IMG/VR virus record: IMGVR_UViG_3300035698_017726
Location: 50,833 to 114,832 of that record
Origin: a virus
Length of the DNA stretch: 64,000 bases
Reading direction: 5' to 3' (one strand)
In this document: positions 18,952 to 29,917 of the stretch, one piece after another
Layout of the letters: every line of letters begins with the position of its first letter
Position numbering within the stretch: position 1 is the stretch's first letter
Position numbers and translations under genes: made by a program
Notes under the pieces: model-generated
The model's input: only the letters and a program-made list of their open reading frames with translations
What the model was told of the DNA's origin: nothing
Database searches by the model: none

Positions 18952-19823
18952 CAGTACAGGACCACCTTGGTCAAGTCAGTCTTGAACGTGGACTTGACGC
19001 GTGCTTGGAAGTTCTTGATGTGCTCTCCCTCGTACTTACCTTCAAGCAGCTTTAGGGCCATATTCAGGTCTCCCATTAGCGCCCAGTTATCCATGAACTG
19101 GACGAGGTCACGAGTAGAGAGGGCATACTCCATCTGCTGGCCTCTAGTTTCCTTGGCTAGATTGAGAAGGCAGGCCAGCTTGTTTCGTTCTGCCGCGCTG
19201 GGCGGGCTGGAGAAGCGAGCCTGCAGAATCTCCAGTTCGTCCTTGGCGTCCATGTAGTTTACGTCGATGAACTGAAATCTGCTTCGCATGTCTTCGTTCA
19301 GGTTGTAGGTACCGCCGTAGTTCGGGTTCATGGTCCCTACCAACCAGATTTTCGCCCCCTCATTCACTCTGAACACCCTGCCGATCTTGGGGACAGAGAT
19401 CTCCTGCCTGTAGTCGGCTACAGGGTTGAGGATCTTCTGTGCCGTCGGCGGCAGTACGTTGATCTCCTCGAGCACTAGTAGACAGCCGCCCATCTCATTG
19501 GCGATCTCCACTGCCGCAGTCAGCGTTCCCAGCATAAAGAAGACGTCGTCTCCTTGCAGCGAGAAGGTACCGATGAGGTCCCTGACTGATGTCTCTTCGG
19601 TACAGTCCTGGCGGAGTAGCGGAACTCCCTTGTCCGCTGCCCACTGCTCCAGAGCCAAAGTCTTGCCCGACCCCTTAGGACCTCTAAGAATGAGGTTCGG
19701 ACCCCACGCCAGAGTCTCCAAAAGAGGAAGTAGCCCTACATCTCGATAGTCTGCGTGACTACGGGGAACCAAGTACTTGGTGTCAATCCGTCTCTGTTCA
19801 ATCGATCCTACTACTGTGCTCAT
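18951..19823 (-). CDS. MoxR-family AAA+ ATPase (CbbQ/NirQ/NorQ-like)
   Basis: Walker A GPKGSGKT, Walker B LVLEEIN, TMNP, RSRF, STRDL. Confidence 0.9.
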   Translation of the reverse strand: MSTVVGSIEQRRIDTKYLVPRSHADYRDVGLLPLLETLAWGPNLILRGPKGSGKTLALEQWAADKGVPLLRQDCTEETSVRDLIGTFSLQGDDVFFMLGTLTAAVEIANEMGGCLLVLEEINVLPPTAQKILNPVADYRQEISVPKIGRVFRVNEGAKIWLVGTMNPNYGGTYNLNEDMRSRFQFIDVNYMDAKDELEILQARFSSPPSAAERNKLACLLNLAKETRGQQMEYALSTRDLVQFMDNWALMGDLNMALKLLEGKYEGEHIKNFQARVKSTFKTDLTKVVLY

Positions 19824-19907
19824 GTAAGCCTCCTTTGAGCTGTATTCTTGTGACAGATAAACTAACCCCCTGTACTCACGATAGCACTTGCACTGTGCTC
19901 ACAAAAG

Positions 19908-20177
19908 ATGGTAAGACCCCTCATGAGCTCCCCAATCGATCTATCGCAGTCCGATTTCAAAGAACTTCAGATGCAGCTCGGTCAGCTACTCTGGATGTGC
20001 CTAAAGAAGAGCAAGACCGCTGCGGTCTTTGTACTGAGGGAAGATGACCACATCACCATTCTCGATCCATCCATTCTGGCTAGTGTGGGAGATGAGCAGA
20101 TGGCTATCCAGTTGCTTGAAGCTGGATGGACCGGTGACCAGATCGAAGAGTTCTTCGAAAGGAGAGACAGTGCGTGA
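19908..20177 (+). CDS. Hypothetical protein
   Basis: Short ORF leading a + strand operon. Confidence 0.45.
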   Translation: MVRPLMSSPIDLSQSDFKELQMQLGQLLWMCLKKSKTAAVFVLREDDHITILDPSILASVGDEQMAIQLLEAGWTGDQIEEFFERRDSA

Positions 20178-20552
20178 AGCTTCCGTGATCCCTTTTAGTT
20201 CCGTAGCCCCAAGACCCAGAGACCTGCCGTCGAGCGGTGACTTCCGGATGTCGTCGTCGTTCGTTGACATGGGGAAACTACAGTCTCGAGCTTGTCGGCT
20301 GAGCAAGAAGTGGACTGAGTGGAGAGGAGAAGAACTGTTTCCGCCAGGGTACCTAGAGGATGTGGGAAAGATGGTGAAGGCCTCCGTCAGAGAGGTGAGC
20401 CGCGTAGAGATTGACCCTACAGGCAAGGTTCAGTTCTCCACCTGCGATAGATGGGGCTCTTACGAGTACTCATTCCAGCTGAACCCTCTTTGGGTAAACT
20501 TGAGGGTGTTTTCGGCCAAAAGAAAGAGTCGAGGACCCAAATAGGAGCCAGT

Positions 20553-21377
20553 ATGGCAAAACCGTTTGTGAAGTGGATTGGAGGTAAAGGCCGCTCACTG
20601 GGGCACCTATTGCCCCTATTCCCAAATGAAATCACGAACTACCACGAGCCTTTCGTAGGCGGTGGCGCCCTTTTTCTATCTATGGCTGATAGGATCAAGG
20701 GACAGACTTTCCTGGCTGACGCCAATGGAAAGCTCATAGTCGTCTGGGAAGAGGTATGGACGCATCCAGAGAAGGTGATAGCCTTCTTGACGATGATGGA
20801 GGCAGAAGACAGCAAAGAGTTCTTCCTGGCTATGCGCAGGAAGTACAACCTGGGGACCCACGCGTTCCCCATGTCTGGAGAGTTCGCAGCGGCCTTTATC
20901 TACCTGAATAGGGCCACATATAACGGTCTGTACCGGGAGAATCTGAGTGGCGGCTTCAACGCTCCATTCAGTGCGGCGAGAAAGATAGGCAAGGGAATCT
21001 GCCTACCTGACCGCATCTGGGGCGCTTCAGTAGCGATGACACAGTGTAACGAGCTCTACCTGATAGGCATGGATTTCCGGGAGACGCTCAAACTAGTAGT
21101 AGCTGGCGACGTGGTGTACTTGGACCCTCCCTACGACGGAACATACGCCCAGTATACGACGCCAAAGTTCACCGAGGATGACCAGCGAGACCTGGCGACG
21201 ATAGCAGAAGTTCTTGCCGACGCTAACGTCACGGTTATTGCTTCAAACGCGGATACACCTCTCATCAGGGAGCTCTATAAGGACTTCGACATTTATGAGA
21301 CTCAAAGGGTGAACTCCGTAAACTCCAACGCAGAAGATAGGGCCCCGAAGAAGGACCTTACCATCTGCTCTTTCTGA
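20553..21377 (+). CDS. dam: DNA adenine methyltransferase (D12 class)
   Basis: KPFVKWIGGK, EPFVGGGALF, YLNR..YNGLYR, YLDPPY; AGGAG RBS. Confidence 0.92.
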   Translation: MAKPFVKWIGGKGRSLGHLLPLFPNEITNYHEPFVGGGALFLSMADRIKGQTFLADANGKLIVVWEEVWTHPEKVIAFLTMMEAEDSKEFFLAMRRKYNLGTHAFPMSGEFAAAFIYLNRATYNGLYRENLSGGFNAPFSAARKIGKGICLPDRIWGASVAMTQCNELYLIGMDFRETLKLVVAGDVVYLDPPYDGTYAQYTTPKFTEDDQRDLATIAEVLADANVTVIASNADTPLIRELYKDFDIYETQRVNSVNSNAEDRAPKKDLTICSF

Positions 21378-21383
21378 GGAACC

Positions 21384-22214
21384 ATGTCAGGTAACGTAGA
21401 CACCACCACTATCGAGATCCCCATCGAGGACATCCACACCAAGGTCAATGTGGATAACATCCGGACGCACTTCGACTCTCGCCGTATCGAAGAGCTCGCC
21501 GACTCCATCTACGAGAACGGACTGCTACAGCCAATCCTGGTCATGCAGTCCGAGGATGACGACGGCAGCGACATCGTTGAGCTGATTGCTGGTGAGCGCC
21601 GTCTCAGGGCCATCCAGTACATCCGCGCTACCATTGATGAGGACTTCATGGATACGGGCGTGCCCTGTGTCTCATGGGTCGGCGCAATCGAGGACGCAGA
21701 ATACGCCAACGCTATCGAGAACATCGAGCGCGAAGAGGTCGACGAAGTCGATACCTCGGCTTGGATCGTACGCCAGCTAGACAAGGGCGTCACCCAGGAC
21801 CACCTGGCCAAGAAGGTCCATAAGTCCCCGCAGTGGATTAGCTTCCGCAAGGTCTTCCACGAGCGGGCCTGTGACGAGCTGAAGGATGCTCTCCGTGAGG
21901 GCCTCATCCACTTCTCGGCTGCTTACGAGCTGGCCAAGAGGAAGGACCACGATGAGCAGAGGAAGATGATCGAGAACTTCCGCAAGCTCGGGAAGAAGAT
22001 CTCCCTGGAAGACGCACAGAACGTCAACCAGCCCGACAAGAGTTCCAAGCCCAGCAAGAAGGCTAGGCAGAAGATGGAAGCTGTCGCTCAGAAGGTCGCT
22101 GAGGACCAAGGCAGTGAAACCGCTAGGGGCGTTTCTTTCGGGCTCCGATACTGCGACGGCCTCTTGACCGAGGCGGAGATGTTGGAGATTTTGGAGATGG
22201 AGAAGCAGAAATAG
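21384..22214 (+). CDS. parB: ParB/Spo0J-family protein
   Basis: IEELADSI..GLLQPILV...IAGERRLRA; ENIERE; downstream HTH. Confidence 0.88.
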   Translation: MSGNVDTTTIEIPIEDIHTKVNVDNIRTHFDSRRIEELADSIYENGLLQPILVMQSEDDDGSDIVELIAGERRLRAIQYIRATIDEDFMDTGVPCVSWVGAIEDAEYANAIENIEREEVDEVDTSAWIVRQLDKGVTQDHLAKKVHKSPQWISFRKVFHERACDELKDALREGLIHFSAAYELAKRKDHDEQRKMIENFRKLGKKISLEDAQNVNQPDKSSKPSKKARQKMEAVAQKVAEDQGSETARGVSFGLRYCDGLLTEAEMLEILEMEKQK

Positions 22215-22539
22215 ACCTGCCGCCGTCTATTACCTCAAGGCTCTCTTCGTCCTTCTCTTGGGCGAGGAGGGCCTTGTACTCTTTCAGGCTCTGCCCGCGT
22301 TTCCATCCCCAGAGAATCTCTTTCTTTAGCCCAGAGCTGCTTTCTCTAATGAGGTCCAGAGACCCGTCTTCCCATTCCCCGAACACGATCCAGGATGCCC
22401 TGTCTCCAGGCACCTTGACTACTTGGCCCATCGGAAAATCGATACCTAAAGAAGAGAGTATCTTCAAGGCGGAGGTTGCCTTAGCCTTATTCAGGCCTTC
22501 TAGGTCGGCTTCGATTAGTGCTTGAAGATACGCCAGCAT
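22123..22539 (-). CDS. Hypothetical protein
   Basis: 138-aa ORF converging on parB. Confidence 0.4.
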   Translation of the reverse strand: MLAYLQALIEADLEGLNKAKATSALKILSSLGIDFPMGQVVKVPGDRASWIVFGEWEDGSLDLIRESSSGLKKEILWGWKRGQSLKEYKALLAQEKDEESLEVIDGGRSISASPSPKSPTSPPRSRGRRSIGARKKRP

Positions 22540-22738
22540 TCTGGTCTATCTATAGCACTTTAGTGAGGAGGCCGGGCCACTTAGGCCGCGAAACCCAGCC
22601 TCCTCAGGCTTTCTTCCATTTAACCAGTACCGCCCCACATGGGGTCGGGGAGCCGCAGGGAGGTCGACTCCTTTGTCGCTTGTGCGACCGGCCTAAAAGG
22701 CCCCAGATAACCAATGGCTAGTCTCTGGTTCAAAACAC

Positions 22739-23164
22739 TTATAGCAGCTTGATGATCAAATTTGCTGCAACAGCTATCACTGTGCCACCAAGAGCTATGA
22801 AACTAGTAACCAGTGCGAGGTGCACAGTCTGCTTATTCTTCCGGTCTTCCTTGATCCGCTCGTCTCTATTCTCTTGGCACTTCTTCAGATTCTTGGACTG
22901 GTTCTCTCTATGCGTCTTAGCGTCCTCTAGATGTTGTTCCGTCATCCTCATGCGTGTAACTAGCGAGTCACCATTGGACCCCGTCAGGAGCTTATTCTGT
23001 GTTTCCACAGCAGTAGCTAGCCTACACAGTTCGCCTGTAGATACCCGTTGCTCCGTGATTACCCCCTGAATACTCTTTTCGAGGGACACGGAAGATTCCT
23101 CCTGCTTATCCATACGCCTTTTGAGCTCATGGACGTCAGACAGAGTGGCCGGATCAACGGTCAT
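22739..23164 (-). CDS. Coiled-coil membrane protein (XhlA/holin-like)
   Basis: Coiled coil plus a single C-terminal transmembrane helix. Confidence 0.5.
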   Translation of the reverse strand: MTVDPATLSDVHELKRRMDKQEESSVSLEKSIQGVITEQRVSTGELCRLATAVETQNKLLTGSNGDSLVTRMRMTEQHLEDAKTHRENQSKNLKKCQENRDERIKEDRKNKQTVHLALVTSFIALGGTVIAVAANLIIKLL

Positions 23165-23271
23165 TGCGCTTCCTCTCTACTGTATCAACTGCACGGGGTC
23201 TGAACGCAGTAGAATTTTATAACTATTACAAGAGAAGTATACTAAAGCCCCTATAACAGCGTCAACTACGT

Positions 23272-25119
23272 CTATCCGAAGATCCTGGAAACGGTCAGCC
23301 TCTGTGCGGTGAATTTCTTGGAGACGCCATTCAAAGTCTCACTTCCCATGAAGGGCTGCCAAGAAACTGCAGCAGTGACGATGGGAGTGGTATGGACTAC
23401 GACGCCATCGATAAAGCACTGACAGGTCCCGCCAGCCTGCATGTCCAGGCCGAACTGATGGCGGCCAGGTGCTACCGCGATTCCGGTGTCGAAGTTGGTA
23501 GAGACGCCTGCGATTCTTACTACGACGTACCAGTTGGGGTTAGCGCCGTAACGGGCATCTGTGGAGTAGCCAAAGAAAACCTGGTCATTGTCGGTGACGT
23601 TGTCCAGAAGAGTGGCTCCAGCGTTTAGCGTCTCCTTGAAGCCGCAGGCCAGAACCATAAGCGCTGCGTCGACTACCTTCAGGTTCGCCTTCATCATGAG
23701 GCGAGTAGCCCCTGTGGTCAGCCAGGTTGTGCTCTCTAGAGGAGACTGATCGGCTACAGCCGCTGCACCCTTGACGAGCATCTGGTCATTGGCCACGTCG
23801 CCAGTAGCTACAGCGATTCCTCCTCCTGCGTCGAAGGTAGCCAGAGCACTGGTGGAGTTCGTGCCTATGACTTCAACACGCTTGGAGGCGTTGTCGTTGG
23901 CGATATCTGCCGCGACACCTGGACGCTGACTGAAGTCCTCGGTAACTACCCAGCGGGGTCCATGGTCGATACCGTCGGTACGGATGGGGCCCATGGTGTC
24001 GAGGAAGATAGAGGGGTTGGTAGTCTTGTTACCGATGACCTCTACTTCGGCTCCATTGACCGTGGAGACGCTGAAGTAGCTATTGGCGCCCTGCGCTAGG
24101 ACGTAAGCTGCCGCATTATTGTCCATGATGGACAGCGCCACGGGGCCCAGAGACGTCAGGTTGTACCCGAAGGTACCCGCGTCCAGGTCGAATCCACCGA
24201 GGGCTCCAACATCCACACTGAACGAGTCGATGAGGCCGTCGCTGAGAATAACCGTGGCGCGACTAGCGGTGATGGCGTAGGCCGAGCCCGCTACGTTGAA
24301 CTTATATGGGCCGACGGTCTGGTTGTAGGAGCCACCCGCACCGATGGTGAAGGCACCACCGGTGACGTCCAACCCGCCAGTGACGTCGAGATTACCGGCC
24401 ATGATCTTTTGGCCGGTACCCAGCCAGTTCATAGCAGGATTGGTGACCGCGTTACCCCAGCTCTGTACTTCTACACCAGTGGTGGTGTCCAGCAGGTAGT
24501 AGTTATCCGCAGCTACGGACTGTCTGTACGCGGTAGCCGAGTTGGCCATCATGGCCCAGGTGATGTCGCCTGTGATGCAAGAAAGGTTCAGACCCGCAGA
24601 ACCCGCGATGAGGTTCAGCTGAGTGGTTCCTGCGCCAGTACCGATGTCGATTACCCTGTCTCCGCCGGTACCGATGTTGATGTTGAAGTTGTCGGCGTCG
24701 TTACCCATGCTGATGGCGCCACCAGAGGAGTTGAGCTCCAGGGTGGTGTCGGCATCGAGCTCAATCGCGGCCAAGGAGTCCAGGAAGAGGCCTCTGTTAC
24801 CTCCTCGCAGGAAGGTTCTCAGCGTGAGAAGTCCCGTGTTGAAGCCGAGCTCCAGATCTTCGAGAGTATCGGTCGTAGTGAAGGCTGCATACTCATTGGT
24901 GCCCTCACGGATACGCCACGCATTGACCGTGTTGTCTACCAGGAGCTTGTCGGTGACCGGAGTGCCACTGGTGACAATGGCCTGGACCGTACCGTCATCC
25001 AGGATGGTGTACAGGACGTCATCGGTGCCGAACCAGACTGCTTGCTCTCCCGCTGAGGGAGTAGCTGGGGTGGCGCCTTGGCGACCAGTAAATACGTCAG
25101 ACTTGATGTTTCCGCTCAT
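23272..25119 (-). CDS. Putative tail fibre/receptor-binding protein
   Basis: Gly/Thr/Asn-rich repeats (NEYAAFTTTDTLE, DNYYLLDTTTGVE, NSYFSVSTVNGAE); C-terminal lectin-like beta sandwich (CQCFIDGVVV). Confidence 0.6.
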   Translation of the reverse strand: MSGNIKSDVFTGRQGATPATPSAGEQAVWFGTDDVLYTILDDGTVQAIVTSGTPVTDKLLVDNTVNAWRIREGTNEYAAFTTTDTLEDLELGFNTGLLTLRTFLRGGNRGLFLDSLAAIELDADTTLELNSSGGAISMGNDADNFNINIGTGGDRVIDIGTGAGTTQLNLIAGSAGLNLSCITGDITWAMMANSATAYRQSVAADNYYLLDTTTGVEVQSWGNAVTNPAMNWLGTGQKIMAGNLDVTGGLDVTGGAFTIGAGGSYNQTVGPYKFNVAGSAYAITASRATVILSDGLIDSFSVDVGALGGFDLDAGTFGYNLTSLGPVALSIMDNNAAAYVLAQGANSYFSVSTVNGAEVEVIGNKTTNPSIFLDTMGPIRTDGIDHGPRWVVTEDFSQRPGVAADIANDNASKRVEVIGTNSTSALATFDAGGGIAVATGDVANDQMLVKGAAAVADQSPLESTTWLTTGATRLMMKANLKVVDAALMVLACGFKETLNAGATLLDNVTDNDQVFFGYSTDARYGANPNWYVVVRIAGVSTNFDTGIAVAPGRHQFGLDMQAGGTCQCFIDGVVVHTTPIVTAAVSWQPFMGSETLNGVSKKFTAQRLTVSRIFG

Positions 25120-25169
25120 TTTGGGCTCCTGAGAGTGTCCTTAGGCTACCTCATCCGAGGTATCGCGGG

Positions 25170-25514
25170 CTAAGAGATTTCGTAGACGATGTCGATGACT
25201 ATGCGGCCGTCGACGTTGGCAAGGTTGGAGTTGCACCTAGCCGTAATAGGCTCGTTCCCTGGGATGGCGCTGCTCACGTCTATTTCGGTGAATCCGTTTG
25301 TCGCCTTGAACACACTTACTTTGGCGATTTGGGCGTCACCTTGCTCTAAATACAGCTTCTTGCTGGTGCTCTTGGAGCCCTCATTAGGCAACCAAAGCAT
25401 AGTACATTTAGTGGCACAGATAAGATTATCGTCAGAGGCGGCAACTATTGAGACCTCGTGCATCTTCGATAGCTGGTCGGTCTGTATTTCGATGATGAGT
25501 TGCCCCTGCATCAA
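25170..25514 (-). CDS. Hypothetical beta-rich structural protein
   Basis: Within the fibre gene cluster. Confidence 0.45.
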   Translation of the reverse strand: MMQGQLIIEIQTDQLSKMHEVSIVAASDDNLICATKCTMLWLPNEGSKSTSKKLYLEQGDAQIAKVSVFKATNGFTEIDVSSAIPGNEPITARCNSNLANVDGRIVIDIVYEIS

Positions 25515-26374
25515 GATACCTTCATACGTACGGTGATTTCGTAGGTGTAGGCGCTCGCGTCATTTGTGACTCTACCTACCCAAAGCCCAAAGTCCTTTTG
25601 GGTGGAGAACCCGAGCCCACCGTGTCCGTAGGCAGTGGATCCTTGCCACACTCCCGCGTCGTTGAGCGATTGGATAAATGAGCCAGGAGAACGGCTGTTC
25701 TGTTCGAGGGCCCAGTTACTGCGGCACCGTCGCACAACCGCGTTGGTAGGCCCAACGGCAGCGACAGTAGCGTCCTTAACACGTAAAGCTGTCTGTGTTG
25801 CTGCTGTGTCCTGCTGCATCCCATGGCCGGTGCGGGCAAAAGCTAAACTTGTCACATCGTTAGTCGCTTGGACTAAGTTTATCGCTGTGTGATCGTCACC
25901 AGAGATAGTCGAGACGTATACCTCAGTCTCCAGACTCAGGCCGGCAGGAAGGTCGAGCTTTCTGTGGAGAACATCCATAAGCTCGGGGTTGGTAACGGCT
26001 ACGGTATCGAGGGTAATGGTCTTGCCGCTTCGAGCGGTGATGACCCCACCAGCCTGAACCCGTAGAGTCCAGCCCGCATCGTCCCAGTCAGGGAGGTCCA
26101 TCCAGCCGGTCGCGTCGCCGAGCTGGATTTCGTGGGTGTGGACAGACTTACCTGCGCCGTCCAGCCCCTTGACCTTCCATACTCCGGAGTGGAAAGTGGG
26201 GGTGAATGTCCGCACAGTGGAGCTGACGACGGCGAGCATCCCCGACTGGTCTTGGCCCTTCGGGTCCTCAAGGACCCAGGTTGTGGGCACTACAACGGTG
26301 GCCGTGGATGTGACTAGTCCTGGCCAGGTCAATACCGTCTTCTTCGCGAGTACAGCTGGCTGGATGAAGCCCAT
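25511..26374 (-). CDS. Putative tail-associated protein
   Basis: 287 aa, beta-rich, in the fibre cluster. Confidence 0.5.
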   Translation of the reverse strand: MGFIQPAVLAKKTVLTWPGLVTSTATVVVPTTWVLEDPKGQDQSGMLAVVSSTVRTFTPTFHSGVWKVKGLDGAGKSVHTHEIQLGDATGWMDLPDWDDAGWTLRVQAGGVITARSGKTITLDTVAVTNPELMDVLHRKLDLPAGLSLETEVYVSTISGDDHTAINLVQATNDVTSLAFARTGHGMQQDTAATQTALRVKDATVAAVGPTNAVVRRCRSNWALEQNSRSPGSFIQSLNDAGVWQGSTAYGHGGLGFSTQKDFGLWVGRVTNDASAYTYEITVRMKVS

Positions 26375-27768
26375 TAGATTCTCTCCCAGCCTGTGGGAGG
26401 AACTGCCTCATTCTGTACAAAGCCGACAGTATCTCCGGCAGAGGAAAAGACGTGGCTGGCGACGAGACCATTATCTAGAGTGTCTGCGCCTGCGGGAGTA
26501 ACATCTACTAGGTTGGCGATGTTCCGAGCCTTCACCCAGATGACTCCTCCAGAGAAGGAAGCTGCGTCTGGGAGAGTAAAGGGAACAACAGCTCCAGTGC
26601 CGTCTCCAATAAAGAACAGAGAGGTTTCTAGACCCGTGATGGGGTACGCAGCAACCTTGACGCTGGGAGCTCCAAACTCTAGCGCTCTGTATGGGTGAGC
26701 TGCGAAGTCGTCTCTATTGGCCGTCGAATTGTGTACTGTTGGGGATGCCGATGCCCCCGCCTTCTGGGTATAGCGATAATCCAGGACCCCTTTGAGTACA
26801 GCTTCGGGGGCGTTAGTGAACGCCGTTTTAGTCTGGAAGGTCAGTCGGTACAGAACTACTATTTCGGCTACCGGGATTCCGGTTAGATCCAGCGTAGAGT
26901 ACTCTTCCGCTTCTGCTGCAGAGAGAGATGGGTACTCTCCCTGTCCCAGAATGACCATGACGGGTGCGAGTCCATTGTTCGTGGCGAGGACAAAAGCGTT
27001 GAAGTAATAGTTGTTCGTTACTTCGGTGAGCACCCAGTTCGGGCCAGTGAATTGGTTGTACGATGGCCGATTGGGGTTGTCGTCGTAGAAGGGGTAGGTA
27101 GTAGCTGCTCGCCCTCGCCATATCCCCGTAGTTCCCAGTTGATAGAAGATCGGAAGCTCTGCGGGCACAGCAAGAATTTGTTCGAAGATATTGGCTGGAG
27201 CAGCAGAGTGCGTGATCTCAATCTCGATGTCCGCATCGTGGAAGTCTCCATTAGAGATTGAACATTGAGCGTGAGAGTTAGCGCTTCCGTCACCGATAAG
27301 GGTGTAGTCCCCAAGGGATAGGCCACTGTCGTACGCTGCGCCTCGGGTGTGGTGCAGGTAGTGGTGGATGTTTGGGTCAATCAGTCCGTGGCGTTCTTCT
27401 GCGATATAGAACGCAGTCTTGTTCACCGCATCCCAGTAGATGATGGATACACCCGCCTCTGTGAAGAAGTTGAACGTCGTCTGTGTCGCGGTAAGTACTC
27501 CAGCGTTGTTGTAGTAGAACCACCAAATGCCTTCGGTGTCGGTGATGACTACTGTTTCTGGAGCGGCAACGTTGTACTTGGCTCCCTCCAGATAGATGTC
27601 GAAGCTCACGGCTGGAGCTAGAGGACCGATGGTAAGGGTACGTGAAAGGTCATCCCAGGAAACGATGCTGTCTGCACGGTTTACGAATCCGTGAGGAAGG
27701 CCCAGATCAACGAACCCAGTACTAGAGGAAGCGGGTACGGGCCCGCCTCTCATTACGCGGATGGCCAT
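26374..27768 (-). CDS. Putative tail fibre protein
   Basis: HGFVNR, EERHG..H.YLH.T.GA.Y.SG and FTLPDAA..G..IWVK motifs typical of phage fibres. Confidence 0.6.
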   Translation of the reverse strand: MAIRVMRGGPVPASSSTGFVDLGLPHGFVNRADSIVSWDDLSRTLTIGPLAPAVSFDIYLEGAKYNVAAPETVVITDTEGIWWFYYNNAGVLTATQTTFNFFTEAGVSIIYWDAVNKTAFYIAEERHGLIDPNIHHYLHHTRGAAYDSGLSLGDYTLIGDGSANSHAQCSISNGDFHDADIEIEITHSAAPANIFEQILAVPAELPIFYQLGTTGIWRGRAATTYPFYDDNPNRPSYNQFTGPNWVLTEVTNNYYFNAFVLATNNGLAPVMVILGQGEYPSLSAAEAEEYSTLDLTGIPVAEIVVLYRLTFQTKTAFTNAPEAVLKGVLDYRYTQKAGASASPTVHNSTANRDDFAAHPYRALEFGAPSVKVAAYPITGLETSLFFIGDGTGAVVPFTLPDAASFSGGVIWVKARNIANLVDVTPAGADTLDNGLVASHVFSSAGDTVGFVQNEAVPPTGWERI

Positions 27769-28943
27769 GTTGCCTCCCTATACGTGATGTGGGCGCCAAA
27801 GAACTTGAGAACGGAGCCCGCACCAGGAGTGATGTCGACCCGTAGCCTGTAGGACTCTCGGTCGTCCAGCATAGGAGGAGTAGCTAGAGTATGGGTAACT
27901 GCGTGGAGATCGACGGTGCTACGCTTTACAGCGGTGTTGTGCTGAGTCACAAATGTCTGTCCACCGCTGATATCCGTGACCGTAGGAAGAGCGCCTACTC
28001 CGAGAGTATCGACAGCTGGAGGAGACACCAGGAAGAGTGTCCCCTCAATATCGGTCAGGATTGCCGTCTCTACCCGGTAGAGAAGTGTAAAGGCCACCGG
28101 CTGCGTTCTGGCGACAGCGGTTCCTGCCTTCTCCGAGTAGTCAGCCACTAGAATGGCGGCTCCCGCACCTAGAGGCTTTTCGTAGTAGATCTCATTGGTC
28201 ACTGTGTTGAAGTTCAGGACCCACAGAAGGCCATCTCCCGGCTCGAAGTACTGAGCTGAGATGAACTTCGAGGAAAGCCGCATTCCTGGGTCGAAGTCGT
28301 TGACGATGAGCGTGCCCTGAACGTCCAGAGTTCCGGTGACGTTCAGAACGTCATGCATGAGCAGTTGACTGCCTGCCGGGATGATCGTGTACTCGTACAC
28401 CGTCTCGGGCTGGCTGAATTCGGGGCGCCAGGGGCGGTCATCTATAACAAAGAGATCGCCAAGCACATTGAGGGTGCCTTGGATATCCAGAGTGCCTGCG
28501 ATGATCAGCTCTTCATCGACGGGAATGGTAGCCGTCTCTGTCGGAGTGACGATGAGTTCCTGGCTCCACTTCTTCCTGAACCCACCGCCAACTACGGCAG
28601 CTGCTACCGCAGTCCATTCAGCTAGGGTCAGGTGGTAGTACTCACCTGCAGCTCCTCCCTGAATCGCAGAGAGGGAGTTGTGGGAACCAAGGAAGGGAGA
28701 GAAGAGACCTACAGCAATCCAGCGCCCGACTCCTACGGTTGGGGCGAGGATAGAGACTCCATCGTCGGCAAGGACGCTGTCGTAGTCATACGCGAAGATC
28801 TGAGTGGTGGAGTCCATATAGACAAGGACTCTGTCTGCTGAGTCCCCTGTAGGAAGCAGCCTCAGTTCTGCAATGTCTTCAACAGCAATGGCAATCCTGT
28901 CCTGAAAGGACCGCCCCTGGATAGTTCCTTTCCACCTACTCAT
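27753..28943 (-). CDS. Putative tail fibre/structural protein
   Basis: DDGVSILAP..GRW and HNSLSAIQGG..GEYYHLT motifs; internal repeat GTLDxQGTL. Confidence 0.55.
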   Translation of the reverse strand: MSRWKGTIQGRSFQDRIAIAVEDIAELRLLPTGDSADRVLVYMDSTTQIFAYDYDSVLADDGVSILAPTVGVGRWIAVGLFSPFLGSHNSLSAIQGGAAGEYYHLTLAEWTAVAAAVVGGGFRKKWSQELIVTPTETATIPVDEELIIAGTLDIQGTLNVLGDLFVIDDRPWRPEFSQPETVYEYTIIPAGSQLLMHDVLNVTGTLDVQGTLIVNDFDPGMRLSSKFISAQYFEPGDGLLWVLNFNTVTNEIYYEKPLGAGAAILVADYSEKAGTAVARTQPVAFTLLYRVETAILTDIEGTLFLVSPPAVDTLGVGALPTVTDISGGQTFVTQHNTAVKRSTVDLHAVTHTLATPPMLDDRESYRLRVDITPGAGSVLKFFGAHITYREATWPSA

Positions 28944-29311
28944 GAGGGAATCACTAGGGCCAACCAGGCCTCAAGAGTTGGGGTAGCTGCTCCAGCAATC
29001 TGGGTCACTTCGAGAGCTACTCGGTTCAGTCCCTGGACTTCCATGGAGACTACGTCGTCATCGTTGACCGTAAGGACTTCTCCCTTATGCCATTCCATGC
29101 TGATGGAGCTGTACCACCAGACTTGGATACGGAAGACCGGAGAGGTACCCGCCGTCTTGAACAGGAAGTGGATATACTCGTTCCGGGTGAGAAGATATCC
29201 ATCAGAGGCTACGGTGGGAGCAGCGGTGATGGCCACGATTCCAGCCAGGATCTTCCTGGCCTGTGCCGTTGACCCACTTTTCCCTGTAGTTGTAGTCACA
29301 TGTCGGGGCAT
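28940..29311 (-). CDS. Hypothetical structural protein
   Basis: GGAGG RBS then MPRHV. Confidence 0.5.
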   Translation of the reverse strand: MPRHVTTTTGKSGSTAQARKILAGIVAITAAPTVASDGYLLTRNEYIHFLFKTAGTSPVFRIQVWWYSSISMEWHKGEVLTVNDDDVVSMEVQGLNRVALEVTQIAGAATPTLEAWLALVIPS

Positions 29312-29422
29312 GAAGGCCTCCTTCAGACAGAGAATATCACGCCAATAGCTAAAAAGAGGAGCCATAGCTCCTCCGCTGGGCGTTGCATCAACTGCAAGCA
29401 GTGTAGACGCTACCCAGCTCAA

Positions 29423-29695
29423 CTACCAGGGGAGTTCTTCCCTAGGCGGCCTAGTCCACTTTTTGCTCTTTGCGTAGAGCTTCATTCCTTCCCATATGAC
29501 CCATGGAATCCGCTGTCTCCCCTTACTCTTGGTCTTGAACATTCCCTTGTTCTCGTAGATGAGCTTCACATCTACGGTGATGGATTTCTTCCCGCGCACT
29601 CCTACTACTGTGTACTTCAGCCTTCCTCCCGGCTGGGGTTGCCAGAATTGCCTGCCTACCTCGGGAGGGCTGTCTTTTGTTCCACCAGTGCTCAT
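29423..29695 (-). CDS. Hypothetical basic protein
   Basis: 90-aa ORF. Confidence 0.4.
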   Translation of the reverse strand: MSTGGTKDSPPEVGRQFWQPQPGGRLKYTVVGVRGKKSITVDVKLIYENKGMFKTKSKGRQRIPWVIWEGMKLYAKSKKWTRPPREELPW

Positions 29696-29917
29696 TTTGT
29701 TCCCCTGAAGCCTATGAAGAAAATGCTTCCTCCTGAAGTAAATTCTTCATAGTAAGTGTTCTTATCGGTTCCTATTCTATGTCGTCTACTCCTAGAGCTT
29801 GTAGCAGATCTTAACGTTTTCTTCTGCGAAACCCTAGGGGTAATTCATTGCTGGCACCCTGTTAGTACGAGAGCTATGCTGATGGGGCCATATCGAAACA
29901 CCATCCAGGAGGATCCC